Shown: positions 1-42,480, counted from the stretch's first letter. The stretch is DNA of 64,000 nucleotides from Amoebidium appalachense (GCA_963693365.1 CAVNZM010000005.1:2346342-2410341); one strand, 5' to 3'. The notes: a model not told the origin generated them from the sequence alone. Program-made: numbers and translations.

Positions 1-5483
<5,483 letters not shown>

Positions 5484-6035
5484 TCTGTATGTGTGTGGTA
5501 GGTTCAGGGGTGTGCGAAGGAGAGTGAGAGGGGGGGAGAAAAGGTGTATGGGTGCAAGAGGGGGGGGGAAAGGAAGTTGATGTATGGGGGGCAGTGATAA
5601 GTCTGGGGGGGGAAAGGAGGCCCGGGGGATAGTAAGAGGGTTAAGGGTCAAGAGGAGAACAAAGTCGTGTGATGTGTGTGTGGGGGTGAGGGAAAGGGAG
5701 GGGGAGGGGGGAGAGGGGGGCGCGGAGGGGGGGGGAATGTAATTCATGCACTAATAGCCCTGTGTAATACATCCCATGTCGAGAAAGTTCAGCAGGTTAA
5801 ACGATTTGAGCGAGAATAAAATCATCAAATAGTGTTCGTGTGATGCCAGATTTGGTACCTGTTCTGCAAGATGGTTGGCCTATGAGGAAATGGGGAAGTT
5901 GGAAAATGTTTGTGTGTGCTTGTCTGTGTGTGTAAGTGGGTGGGTGGGTGGGTGGGTGGGGGGGGGGGGGGGGGGGGGGGGGGGGAACGCGGTAGGTGAC
6001 GTCGGCAAACACTTGACGGTGTGAAACTCCAACCT

Positions 6036-6083
<48 letters not shown>

Positions 6084-7497
6084 TGAATCTATAATCCGCC
6101 ACCCCCCCTCCCTCCCCCCCTCCCCCCTCCCCCGCCGGGGACCCGGGGCCACCCTCAGCAGTAGTGATGGGGCCTACTGTTATGATACGATGCCGTTTGT
6201 ATGTTACATTCAGGACCTGGTCCGGGTGCAGCATGTTCCGAACTATAGTCAAAGACTATACCTATGCATGTTTAGCACCCCAGAGGAAGACTTTTTCCCG
6301 AAACATATTATCTATGATCAATGGTCTCTAGTGCACGTGGATTATCATTTTGCAGCTTCCATCATGTCAAACTGCATACACTTGGAAACTGAAGCCGCCA
6401 CTTTGAAGTAGGGGCAAAGCAGGAGGCAAGACGCGGTGTAGAATCGAACGTGTATGGGTGGTTGGCTTCTTATACATGCGACAGCAATAGTTTTGTACCC
6501 GGACCTTTCTGTTCTTTCTGTGTTGTTGACAAAGTTCATGTAGCCTCCTTTGTTTCGCAAATTACTGCCAGCTAGTCAAGAAATGGTTTTTCTTTTGAGA
6601 GCACACGTGAACGACCAAGATGGGAGGTATGATAATTTTGCCCATGACGTGGCTGGCCCCCGAATGACTGTAACAGTTGCGTTACCGAGTGAAACATCAA
6701 AAAGCACAGCCTCGTTCCAGCTCATCTGGGTCTGTACGGACGCAGTAAAGTTTAGCCCAACCTTCACGACCGAGACTCACAAAAAACCCGAACCAAGTTC
6801 ATGTTTTTTTTTTTTCCGTCCATACCTAACTGTGGACGCCGTCCAAGCTCACCCAGCCAGGAACAGAAAGTGACGCGTAGTGATCAGTAGTGCGTGTTGA
6901 CTGCACCACTGCGATTCATTCGAGCACCCTTTTATTATTTATAGCTGCTCTCTGCCGGCCTTGGGCATTTTGGTGCGCGCGGGTTGATCCATCCACGTCC
7001 AAACAGATGCACACGTCAGCTGTGCACGACGGCCCAGTATCAGTATGCAAATGAGTGTAGCAGCGTCGATGGCGGAGAAACCCCTGGGTGAGGCTGCATA
7101 TATGCTGATCGATGAAATTCACTCGAATATTTGTCAAAGTAGTTCGTTGATGTCCACATGGCCATTACAACACATAGTGATCGTGTTTGAAAGAAACATT
7201 AAAGCCGCCCAAACCTTATACCTTGTGAACTTCTGAAAATGTACATGGCGGGATATGCAGGATATGGCGGTGCTTTCAATTTGGCAGTAGCCGAACTCTG
7301 ATGATATTTGCTTGCAGCTCCAGCGTCAGATGAAGCTCACGGCCCCGCGTGCAGCGAACCTTTTTTCTCGAGGACACAACGGCATGCACATGCAACTGCA
7401 ACCCTTCTGCATGACGAGCCGGACGAAGCGACAACCAGGCCACTCCCGCTAGCGCTAACTTGCATCTACGTATGTACATGTGCGCGTGTATACGTAC

Positions 7498-7770
<273 letters not shown>

Positions 7771-8019
7771 GATGTGTGGACAAGATGATGTGCACAGTAC
7801 TGTACATATATCGTAGCATATGCAGACAGACACGTATGGCTTGCAATCGGCAACCTAGTGATTCACCCAGGGACCAGGTCTGTGACTCAGAGATGAGGGT
7901 GCTGAGCCTGCAACTGGTGCCCGCAGCGGCGCAGCCCCACCCGGGCTCCCACTGTACCCGGCCGCAACCTTAGCCTAGAGCGCACATAAACAAACAAAAC
8001 ACCTATGGTGCGGTCCTAC

Positions 8020-8132
8020 CCAATAACTTCCGTTAGCGCGTTTTATTGGTGCGTTTCAATGTTTGGAATGCGACGTGGAATTCGATAAACACACGGGATT
8101 GGTCAACTAAAATTCATCCATTCGTTGATTGG
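8020..8132. promoter_or_regulatory. Cluster of four CCAAT/ATTGG boxes, promoter-like
   Basis: CCAAT 8020-8024; ATTGG 8045-8049, 8098-8102 and 8128-8132, all in a repeat-free island. No associated gene identified. Confidence 0.3.
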
Positions 8133-9110
8133 TGGCACGGTGCGCGGCTAAGTTCTAACAGAGCACCACTCTGGCGACTCTGCCCAGGCCGGCTACGGGA
8201 CTCAGTAGCACCTCAGCGGCAGTGACTCGGAGCTGGCAGACGGGCACGGTCCATGAAATTAGCAGCCTGCTCGCACTTGCCCCAAACACAAGGTGGCACC
8301 AGGTTGCCATCCACTCATGGTGTTTCTGAGGCTTCCTTTCTCGGCGAACGCTACCCACATACAGCAAGCTCTGCCCATATTGACTGTATGCCCGCACTGT
8401 GAATTTAAATTCGTCACACGCGCACAGACGTCGGGTAAAGTGCCACTGATTCCAGTGCGCCACGCACACCGTCACAGTTTGGGAAACCGCGTGCCATTTA
8501 GTGCGCAAACATGCAGCCAAAGTTTGCGCTGCAACCGCGCCCCCCCCCCCCCCCCCCCCCCCCTCCCCCCCCTCCCCCCCCCTCCCCCCCCCCCCCCCCC
8601 CCCCCCCCAAGCGCCCCGCCGACCACTGCATTTTGTTTATTTGGAGTTGGTGTCTCTCTCTGCTTCAACGGCTGGAGAATGCATTATCCTGCAGTCTGGG
8701 CCTGCCATAGTGATGGTGGCCTTCATAACAAGCTTATAACTCACGATATCGCGGTCACCATGTGCATGCTCAATGCATGCAAGCAAAGCGCCTTCAAATT
8801 TGGTGATTGCTCCGTGCACGTGAGGCAGGAGTTTGGCTCTTGGGATATTACACGGGTTCTTTTCCCTCCCTTCTCTTGAAACAACCCCCCTCCCCCCCAC
8901 CCCCTCCCCTCCCCTCCCCTCCCTTCTCCCCCCCCCCCCCCCCCGCCCTCACAATCGGCCCCCCTCTCCCCCCCCTCCCCCCCCCCTCCCGCAGGGCCTT
9001 CCCCCCCTCCCCCCCCCCCCCCCCCCCAAAAAAAAAGGGTGGAAAATACTAAAACGAAAAGCTCTCGTTAAAGATATTGGGTTTCCTGTCGCGCTGCACC
9101 CTCCCCCCCC

Positions 9111-9141
<31 letters not shown>

Positions 9142-9985
9142 ACCCTCCCTCTCCCTCCCAGCTTCCCCTCCCTGTCTACCCCCCCGCCCCTCCCCCCCCC
9201 CACACACACACCACAACCAGCAGCAGCAGCACCTACCCATTCTCTGCCCTTGTCCTTCCTCCTTCTCCTCATTTTCACATTACTTCCCTCCCCCCCCCCC
9301 CGGCCCCTCCTAGACCAGCCAGTGGACCCGACCATCTTTAAATTTCATACTTTTTGGGATCAGTACTTCCTATTATTATCAGTTCATCCCTGCGAACGGT
9401 AGGTTTTGTTTGTTCTTTTCTTACATTTGGGAACTTGAATCACCGTTACACACAGATATGGCAGCCCAACCGAAAGACACACACAACAAACACCGTGCAC
9501 CCACACCCAACCGTAAACAACAGGATTTAAAACCACAAAAACACTAGCGGATCCACACAAACTACCACATATGTAGCAGCATGCCGACAGTGTAGATACG
9601 ATTTATCTCGAGCCCAAGAACTTCTTACAAATTAGCATAGGTTACCGTGAGCACACATCACACTATACACACAACCTTACATCCCCACCCCACTGCACTA
9701 GGCCCTCGTCTATTTAAGAGTTACCGTAACTTAGGACCCCTATTAAATTCATGCCCAAACAGTGCATTTTATTACATATTAATGTGCTTTTCTTCCTCGA
9801 AGATTAATGCTGAACGGGTCTCAGGTTTAGGGTTTAACAATAATAGTCTGGTTCTCTTCCCTCGTGACCGGCCCGGTACCCATGGCCACCTACGACGGCT
9901 GTGTGAAAAATACTTTCGTCAATATGATCATGTAGAAATAAAGACGTTTTTCGAACTACTGTGAAACCAATAAATACAAATCCGC

Positions 9986-10024
<39 letters not shown>

Positions 10025-10511
10025 TCCCCCTCCCCCCCCCCCCCCCCCCCCCCCCCCAACCCACCCACCCATCCCTTTCCCCCGTTTCCCCCCTACCGGG
10101 ATTTTACCTGCCCATGTCTCTCTTTCATCCCCACCCTTGCCTAGAGACCGTATTATATATATTTCTTGTCGGTAATCTACACACAGTCTCCCCATTCCCG
10201 ATTTTACATGACCAGCAGACCCTCTTTCCCGCATTTCTCCCGAACCTCCATCCTCCACTCTCCCCCTAGAACGGATACACCGTAATTCGATCCCTTTTAA
10301 GGTTTAACCTATTGCCGTAATCTCAGCTGCTCCCCCTTCCCCCCTCCCCCCTCTCCCCCCCCCCCCCCCCCCCCCCCCCCCTCCCCCACGAGCCCGTCCA
10401 TCCTCCCCTCTCCATCCGAGTTGCTCGAGCCGCCCCCCTTAGCACTCCCGATTTCCTTCCTGCTCCTCACAATCGCACGATCAGTTCCTTTTCCGTCACC
10501 ATCACCTTCCT

Positions 10512-10542
<31 letters not shown>

Positions 10543-12124
10543 CCCCCCGTCCCCCGTCCCCCGTCCCCTCCTCCCACATTACTTCTAACCCCCATTCTAA
10601 CCTTCCCCAACTCGTTTGCGTGAGTATTTGATCCACACCCCCCCCCCCCCCTCCCCCCCCCGCTCCCCCCTTCTCCTCCCCCCCACCTAATTCAGGCACA
10701 TGGTACCCACAGATATCCCATGTGCACGTGAGTCAGGCCATATGTTGGTGTCATTCAGTAGAAGAAAGGAGTGCCGTCACCGTGTTTATGGTCCCGGAGT
10801 CCCCCTCCACCCCTCCCCCTCCTTCCAACCCCCCCCCCCCCCTCCCCCACTTCCCCCGGAAACCAAATCCCCTTTTCATCCGTTCTCGCCCACCCCCCCC
10901 CCCTCCTCCCCCCCCCCCCCCCCCCCCCCCCCTCCCCTCGGTCCCCCCCCTCCCAACCCCTCCCCTCCCTCTCCAAGCCCGTACTAAACAAAAACAAGAA
11001 AAAAGGGGGAGAAACATAAATTCCACAAAAACACACACAAAATATACACAGAAAGTCTCGCTAGATCCCCGGCCCAAACACACACACACCCCTCTTCCTC
11101 AGTAGTACGCTGGTGTGCATGTATAAATGGAGTTGGTGGTAGGTGTTAGGGGGGAAGAGGGGGCGAGGGGGGCCACGTGGGGAGGGGGGAGGGGGAGGGG
11201 GATAAGAAAGAGGGCATCGGGTAACAGGTAAGGAACAAGGTAAGGTCAGCATTCGGGGGAGGGACGGGGGAAAGGGGGGGGAGGGGTGGGCAGGATAGGG
11301 GGGGAGGGGGGGGGAGGAGGGTATGTGGATGAATGCAAGAATGGGCAAGTCACACGTAGGATGGGGGGATGGAGGGGGGAGGGGAGGGGGGTAGAGGAGG
11401 GGGGGGGGGGGGGGGGGGATGGCTGAGGTGACCCAACCTCGCCTGGTTATATGTCTGACGGATGCCTACAGATATGAGCCCGGGGGTGGAGAGGTGGGGG
11501 GGGTCCATGGAAAGTTGAGTTGAAGAAGAGCAGCAGGGGCGGGGGGGGGGGGGGGGGGGGGGGGAGGGGGGTTGAAAGAAAAGAAGGTGCTGTTAGGATC
11601 GGATTTAAAGAAGTTAATGGGGAGAGCGGGTAGGGGTTGAGGGACCGTTTTTTTTTGGGGGGGGGGGGGGGGGGGGGGGGGGGGAGGAGGGGGGTGCAAG
11701 TGGTAAGAGAGAGGGGGTGTGGGGGTTGGGGTGGGAGGGATGAGGGGGAATCCAGGGCCAAAATTTGAGAAAGTGAAGCCTAAGAAGGCTAGGAAGGCGG
11801 GGAATAGTGCTGCAAATCGTAACGTGTAACACAGTGGCCGACAAGATATTTCTCTTCCAAACCTTTTCTTTTCTTTTCTTTTCGGGGAGGAGAGAGGGGG
11901 GAGGGGGGGAGGGGGGAGGGAAGGAAAGGGGGAGGGGGGAGGGGTTATTGTTAGATTCCATTATTCGCAACTCAGTTACGAAGAAATTCTCGTTTCTTTA
12001 TGCAATCCGCTCTCTCCCTCATTTGGAGGCATAGCAGTGGGACAGGTGTGTGGCTGGGGATAGGGGAGGGGAGGGGAGGGTGGAGGAGGGGGGAGGGGGG
12101 AGGAGGGGTTCAAATGATCTTGGC

Positions 12125-12160
<36 letters not shown>

Positions 12161-12512
12161 GCGGGGGGGAGGCGGAGGGGGGGGGGGGGGGGGGGGGGGA
12201 GGGAAGGAAGGGGGGGCATCTCGAAAGATCAGAATTCCTATTTGTTCGTTCTTTTTCTCGCATGCACCTTCTCTCCGTTTCACTTTCTATTGTTTTTCAA
12301 GTTGCTTGTGAAAAGGAGGCGTGTGAGAGTGGAATAGTGAGATACTGCGGGAGCTCCAAGGGTGTCAGGGAAGGAAAGCAACGTTAAGGTGACCAACTCA
12401 GCCAAACTGGGAAGGAGAATATGAGTGGTGTTGGCGACCCTTTTTTTTTTTTTGAAGGGGGGAGGGGAGATATGGATGCGGCTAGAGAGAGTGAGATAGA
12501 GAGAAATGGAGG

Positions 12513-12546
<34 letters not shown>

Positions 12547-13426
12547 TGGAGAAGGGGGGGAGAAGGGAGGGAGGGGGGGGAGAGGGGGAGCGTTCCGATT
12601 TTGGATTAGAGATGTAAAGCAAACTGTCTCAATGATTCTGGGTGTGTGGAGAAGACGGAGGTATGAGAGAGGAGAGGAACCACACACAAGCAAAGGAGTG
12701 AGTGAGAGAGTTAGAAATGTATTTTGGATTTGAAATTTGGATAGGTGCTCGTATTGGTAACTTTGTAGTTTAGGGGAGGAGGGGGGTAGGGGGGGGAGGG
12801 GGGAGGGGGGGGGGGGTTTGGGGTAAGGGGGGGGGGGGAGGGGGAATGGCAGGAGTGGGTTGATGAGGGGGGAAGAGGGAGACGGGAAGGACCGAGCTCG
12901 AGGAGGGGGCAGGAAAGGGGGGAGGAGTTGGAGGGGGGGGCTTGGGGGGGTGGAGGGGCAGGGGTGGCAGGGGTCGACTGAGAAGCCACCGAGTCAGACC
13001 ATAACTCAGTGTTGGGTGAAAGGGAGGTAGGAGGAGAGGGGCCAGGCGATGGACAGGCAGAGGGCATGAGAAAATCCATTATGTGTATGGCTTTTTTTTT
13101 TTTTTCGGGGCGGGGGGGGGGGGGGGGGGGGGGGGGGGAGCGGGGTTGTCTATATAGCCGATAAGCAGAATTTGTTTGCAGCATCCGCTTTGATGTACGT
13201 GGAGAACACCAAAGGAGAGTGAGTAGCGAGCAAGACTTCACTGTTAACGTTGGGCAGTTGTTTTATTGATTGCAATCAGAGCCTCCTGTGGGCCTATACA
13301 TCCTCACAGTACTACTAGCCACATCATATTGTTTTTAACCAAAAGTTGATTTCCCATTCTCCAAAATGCCCTCGTAAATCATACAAGCTAGCATCTTAGA
13401 CCCAACTAGAAATGCATCACCCGTGC

Positions 13427-14764
<1,338 letters not shown>

Positions 14765-15077
14765 CATGATATCGATTTATTTGTTTGTGGCCTCGAGGTC
14801 ATGGGTCAACTAAGCTGTGATTTGTATTACTACTAAATGCATATGCAGCCTATGTAATTCCTGCGCATGTGACGCCCGTGTTCTATTCTGGCATGGCAAA
14901 GTATGCATGTAGCTATGTAGTAAATGAGTAATAGGGTGGAGAGGTCCGCCCAGTTACAGTATGTAGGGCAAGGCACAGCTGTATGTATGTAGGTACACAG
15001 TAGAGGGCTCAGTGATCCAGCTGCAGTGGCGCCGCACCGCCGTCACACAACACACAAAAGCCCGAGATCTAGCGCGC

Positions 15078-15174
15078 ATCCAATCAGCAGCCAACGCGCC
15101 AAAATCAAGATCCAGAGCTATAATTGGTTCACACAGCTGTTGAGTCTCAGAGATGAGCAGTCGAGTTTGGCGTG
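15078..15174 (+). promoter_or_regulatory. Putative DNA2 promoter: CCAAT boxes and E2F site
   Basis: CCAAT 15080-15084, CGCGCCAAAA 15095-15104 (reverse complement TTTTGGCGCG, E2F consensus), ATTGG 15123-15127 and a second TTTGGCGT near 15166; 300-400 bp upstream of a gccaccATG. Confidence 0.55.
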
Positions 15175-15474
15175 TGCAACGGGCAAGCCGCAAGCCTTAC
15201 ACTCTCTGCACTGTATGTAGCTACTAACCAAAAGACCACGAGAGTAGCTCCTCATGGGATGGGAAACGCAGAGCTGTGTATGGAGGTTATTTGGTTGTTA
15301 AGATATATAGCTAAATTATTGCAAGAGCAGTATACATACACGCCATATCATAACACACATACGAGAAGCGCAGATACACACACTAAAAGTTCGGCAAAAA
15401 ACATGCGTCCTGCGAGATTACCAAAGAAACCCAACAACTAAACACCGATGGTTCTGTGGTAGCCAGCAGCCACC

Positions 15475-36895
<21,421 letters not shown>

Positions 36896-38886
36896 CCCTC
36901 CCACCAAATCATCCCCCCCCCCGGGGGGGAACAAACAGGCACACCGGTGTAGTCGTCTTGTTGATGTGAACGCTCAAGTGTCGTCAACCAGAGTTTGCCT
37001 TCTAGAGACTTTAGCCCTTCCGCAGGTCTTCTAGGAGCGAGACCACGTCGATTATTACTTCGAGCACTGGAAGTGTGTATATTGGCACTATCGGCAATCA
37101 TCTGATGTTTTCTCTTTCTTTCTGTTTTCGGTTTTTTTTTTTTTTTTTTTTTTTTGCCCCTTTTTCTTTTATGGTTTGCTTTTGCTTTCTCCTTTTGCAA
37201 ACGGGCTGTGTGTGTGGCATGTGGGTAGTTTTTTTTTTTTTGTTGGTTGGTTGGTTTTTTGTTTCTTTTTTGGGCGCACCGGGGGGGAAGGGGGGAGGGG
37301 GGGGGGGGGGGGGGGGGGGGATGATAAAGTGAATGCATGGAACATGTTTTTTTGATTGTATTCATAATTCTTTCCTTTTTCAAACCCTTTGTCGGTGTTT
37401 GCGCGAAATACCTTTAATATGCGAGTTGAATGTGGTTTAGAAGCCCATGAATATGCTTCTTGAATGTTTCAATTACAATAATGTTCGTTTGTGAAACCAC
37501 ACACAGTAACACCCACGCACCTGTTGAACTGAGTGACACGAATAGGCATTTACACACCCTGTGACATTTGTGCACGCACAAAATATGCACAGTAAAAAAA
37601 AGTAGACGGAACGAATTAAGACGCATTTATATAGGTCCCGGAAATAGCCGTGGCTATTTAATGATCTGTGAACCAATGGGTTCGGTAGCTTAAAATGTTA
37701 AACACTTGACAGCCTGGTCTAGAAAAACTTGCTGTGCCAATAGTAATCATATGAATGTTCGTTCGAACCATCATGTATCCGGTATGTATGGCTGAATGAA
37801 TGGCCTATTTGTACATATATATGCTGCAGGGGAACACACATGCACAAGCATGGCACTGCCATTCAATATCTCCAATAAATAAAAATACCGCGCGTGCTCA
37901 ATAGAAGCACTGTGGCATCATGCTGGACTAAGTCTAAGCAGCACCACCAGGGCCCGTATTGTGGACATAAGGTGAGATGCTCTGTTTCACATGCGGGGGT
38001 TGGGTTTGTGCGTGGTGGTACACCCATCTTCATAAACATGGGTATTATCCAAAAACACATGCTGCAGCTGTCACCCTCCACGTGCATGCATGTGTACACG
38101 TGTGTGCGTTTGCCGGCGCTGCATGTGTGTGTGTGCGTTTGTGCACTGTGTGTGTGTGTGAGCCGGGGGGGGAGGGGGCCGGGGGGGGGGGGGGGTGCCA
38201 TGGATTATATGCCTGTAAACTTTATTTGCTATATAATCTACCTCCCTCGAAAAAAAGAACTATCACCAAATCAAACTCGAGCTATAAAATTCCGGCGCAA
38301 ACATGAAAGTTACAACTACGGAAGCAACTGACCCGGACTGTTAACGTTGCTACCACAACTCGATTATGTACGCTCCCAACGTTGAGGACGACGTGCATGT
38401 GTGTGTATGTGTGAAGGTTTTTGTATGTGAAGCTTGGTGTATGTGTGTGCCTGTGTGCCTGTGTGTGTGTCTGTGTGTGTCTGTGTGTGTCTGTGTGTAC
38501 ATGTCCCGGCAGATGACTGGCAGCTGGATGGAAGGAATACATATGTACCGAAAACTATAAACATAATAGTACCAACAACTCCGTTATCTATTGTTTTCTG
38601 AAATCTTCAAATGATATGACAACAAACATACCAATGATGATCATACCAACTATCCACAATACCTGCTAGCATTCTCTGCTCTAATACATGATAAACCTTT
38701 GCCCCTTCCCCACTCCCAACTCCCGGCCATTCCAGTGCATGGTGTTAACGTTGCTGGATGATTAAAAGACAGTAGAAAGGAATGCCGTGTCATATTGAAC
38801 CTACACTATGACCACTAAGCCAGGGCTAGATATACACAAACTGCTCTGAGTCATCAAACCATCATAAACAACACACTTGCTCCATA

Positions 38887-38958
38887 TGTTCCGCAGCAAA
38901 GGCGTGTTCCCCACCGAAGCCGTGTTCCGCACCGCAGCCGTGTTCCGCACCGAAGTCG
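38887..38958. repeat. 18-bp minisatellite, 4 copies
   Basis: TGTTCC recurs at 38887, 38905, 38923 and 38941; consensus TGTTCCGCACCGAAGCCG. Confidence 0.85.
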
Positions 38959-38989
38959 TGTGTGTGCATGTGTGTGGTGTGTGTGCAAA

Positions 38990-39053
<64 letters not shown>

Positions 39054-39312
39054 GTTTGCCAATCCCCAACCCCCATCTCCCGGCCATCCCACGTTTGTGG
39101 TGCCGGTGGATGAATGAAGGCGGCTGAAAGGCGGTGTCCAATCAAATCATTTCGGTGACCTGTGAAAGAACACATCGTCAGACTGGTGAGGTTTTTTTTT
39201 TTTTTTTTTTTTTTTTTTGGGGGGGGGGGGGGGAGTAGGGTCGCATGCATACGCTGATGCTACACTGTCAAGTTTCAAGATCTTTCAATCTACGTATATA
39301 TACATACATATT

Positions 39313-39650
<338 letters not shown>

Positions 39651-40580
39651 GTGTGTGTGGGGGGGGGGGGGGGAGTATTTGTGTATGTGTGGAGGTGGGA
39701 CCGGGGAGGGGGGAGAGGGGAGGGGGGGAGGGGGAGGGAAGAGGATGAAGAAGAGAGAGATTAGAGATTCGAGACATCATTTCAAGCTTCGGTGCAGGGC
39801 TCGAACAGACAGTTGCATGCTGGGAGCTGGCTGACCTGCGTGCCTTATTGTTTAAAGGAAAAACGAAGAGTAAGGGCATATGACCAACAAAGCGGGGGGG
39901 AAAAACATAAGGGTATGGAAATTAATGTTGTTAAAAACGAGCATGATTCATGCATCTGAGCATAAAACAGGAATTTATTTGGTGAAAAACGGGAAATTCT
40001 AATCCAAACGAGGGGATGTGGGTAATGTTGCCATCTGAATGAAGAAATGCAAAATGCAAGAGTAAAACAGGTATGAAGTTTGGTGAACGAGGGTAAGTTC
40101 ATGCTACGCTTGGGGCAGGATGTGAGATGGTGTTGCTTTTCGTTGAGAATGTGTTGGGTGTTGTTGTGTCAGAAGTTGAATGCATTCTGGATGTTTGGAA
40201 AGGTAACAGGGAAGAACTGAGTCTTGTACGTTTTGTATATGTATATGTTCGTGGGGAGGGGGGAGAGGGAGGGGGAGGGAGGGAAGGGGCAGCGGAAGGA
40301 TGGTAACAAGGAAGAGCAGAAAGGGGGCAGGGGGGGGGGGGGGGGGGGGGGGGGAGGGGGAGGTGTGTGCCTGTGCGCGTGTGTTTGGGGTGGGTGGGTG
40401 GAAGGGGGGTGGGGGAGGAGGGGAGGGGGAAGGGGGGGGGGGGGGGGAGGTGGGGGGAATGGAAAACAGACGAATGCGGGGAACGCGGATGAACGGGAAG
40501 AAGGGGTGAGGGGAGGGGAGGGGGAGGGGGAGGGTCTGTTTTTTTTTTTTTTTTTTTTTTTTTTTTGTTGTTTTTCCCCG

Positions 40581-40616
<36 letters not shown>

Positions 40617-41549
40617 CTGAGATGCAAACGCATTTTGGCGGGAACGATGGCTGTTGGGAGCTGTAACTCGGCGAGCGGTTGTCCAACTGCGGGAGGGAGA
40701 TATCACTGTGTTAATAGGGTTCACCAGATCTGTATCCGGGGGCAGGAGGGTGGGGGGGAGGAGGGGAGGAGGGAGGGAGCGAGGGAGGAAGGGACAGGGG
40801 GGGAGGTGGGGGGGGGGGGGGGGGGGGGATTGGGGGTTTGGGAGGAGGAGAAGGGTGAAATTCGAGGATATCGTAGGAAGGAAGAGTAGCAAATAGGGAG
40901 GTGGAGGAAAACAGGGGAGGCGTAGCTGTTAGATATGAGACGTGCAGAAAAAGAACTAAGGTAGCGAGATTTTGTTTGTAAGTACGAGACTTCTTTCTTT
41001 GCAACAAGGAGAAAAAAAAACACCAGTTTGCCTGGGGGAGGAGGGGGCCGGGGGGAGGGGGGGGGGGTGGGGGGGGGGGTGGGGGCTGGGGTGGTGCGGG
41101 GGGGGGAGGGGGGGGGGGAGGGGGAGCATACTTTGACGTGCACGCGCTGAAAGTAGTAGCCCTCGAGGAGAAAGCAAACACCACACTTGGAGATGGGCTG
41201 TGAGGGCCTGTGGTGGGGTGGGGGTCAGTTTGGCCCAATATCTCTAGTTATAGATACAGGCACAGTACCTGCCTATCAGCTTCACACCGGCAAAACAACA
41301 TTAGCATTTAATTAGCGTTGTTTCTACACATTCCACGTCGTATCTGTTCAAAGAAGTAAAAGTGCAGACTAGAGCATAGGAGAAAAGCCATGAAGGCACA
41401 GGGAAAGGAAAGGAAGGGAAGGCAGAAGGGTGTGTGTTTGTGTGTTTTTTTTTTTGGTGGGGGGGGGAGGGCGGCGGGGGGGGAGGGAGGGGGAGCGGGG
41501 CGGGGGGAGGGGGGGGAGGGGGGGGTACTCTGTGTCTTTCGTCTTGGAC

Positions 41550-42480
41550 TGGGGTGCTGAGGGAGCCTTGACCTCATCCTCCCACTCGAGGGTGTCATCG
41601 GGATAGGGGGGGTCCAACGACTTGTCGGCCAATTTACGATACTCCTCCGACTCTGTTAGTGTCCACATCCATCTTCACAAACGGAGTCCCCTTAGCGAGT
41701 TCTTCGTGCTTGAGTGTGGGAGGTGCCTTTACCTCGTCCTCCCATTCCAGGGTGTCATCGGGGTAGGGGGGGTCCAAAGATTTGTCGGCCATTTTCCGAT
41801 ACTCCTCTGATCCTGCTATGTCTATTTCCATCTGTGCAAACGAGGTCCCCCTGGCGAATTCTTCGCACTTAGGTGCGGGGGGTGCCTGTTTCTCATCCTC
41901 CCAATCAAGGGTGTCATCGGGGTAGGGGGGGTCCAACGATTTGTCGGTCATCCTCTGATACTCCTCTGATCCTATGAAGTCCAATTCCATTATCACGACC
42001 GGAACCTCCCTAGCGAGTTCTTGGCGCTTGGGTGCGGGGGGGAGCCTCAACCTTGGGTGCGGGGGGTGGCCTTAACCTCAACATCCCAATCCAGTGTGTC
42101 ATCGGGGTAGGGTGGGTCCAAGGATCTGTCGGCCATTTTCCGGTACTCCTCCGACTCTGTTATGTCCATTTCCATCTGCACCAGCTGAACTTCCCCGCGG
42201 AATTCGTCGCGCTTGGGTGCGGGTTGAGCCTTAAACTTGGGTGCTGGGGTAGCCTTAACCTCGGGTGCGGGGGGAGCCTTAACCTCGGGTGCGGAGGGAG
42301 CCTTAACCTCGGGTGCGGGGGGAGCCTTAACTTCTGGTGCGGGGGGAGCCTTAACCTCGGGTGTTGGGATAGCCGGAACCTCAACCTCCCAATCGAGTGT
42401 GTCATCGGGGTAGGGGGGGTCCAAACTACTGTCCTGCATGTTCCGATACTCCTCAGACTCCCTGATGTTCACCGAGTGGA
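41550..42480 (-). repeat. Coding tandem repeats: five ~159-bp units (..SEEYRKMADKSLDPPYPDDTLEW..) plus a 24-bp array (EVKAPPAP)
   Basis: The core GTGTCATCGG recurs near 41592, 41752, 41911, 42095 and 42398. The EVKAPPAP array lies at about 42215-42365. Confidence 0.9.

Noticed and set aside
9826-9835. TTTAGGGTTT telomere-like motif
   Set aside because: Single unit with no array.
9400-13300. Unique-looking fragments between G/C runs, possibly a decayed gene or retroelement
   Set aside because: No recognisable RT, endonuclease or other motif, and no consistent exon chain.
41550-42480. Regularly spaced repeats resembling a CRISPR array
   Set aside because: The units are codon-structured protein repeats with homologous spacers, in a eukaryotic context with no cas genes.
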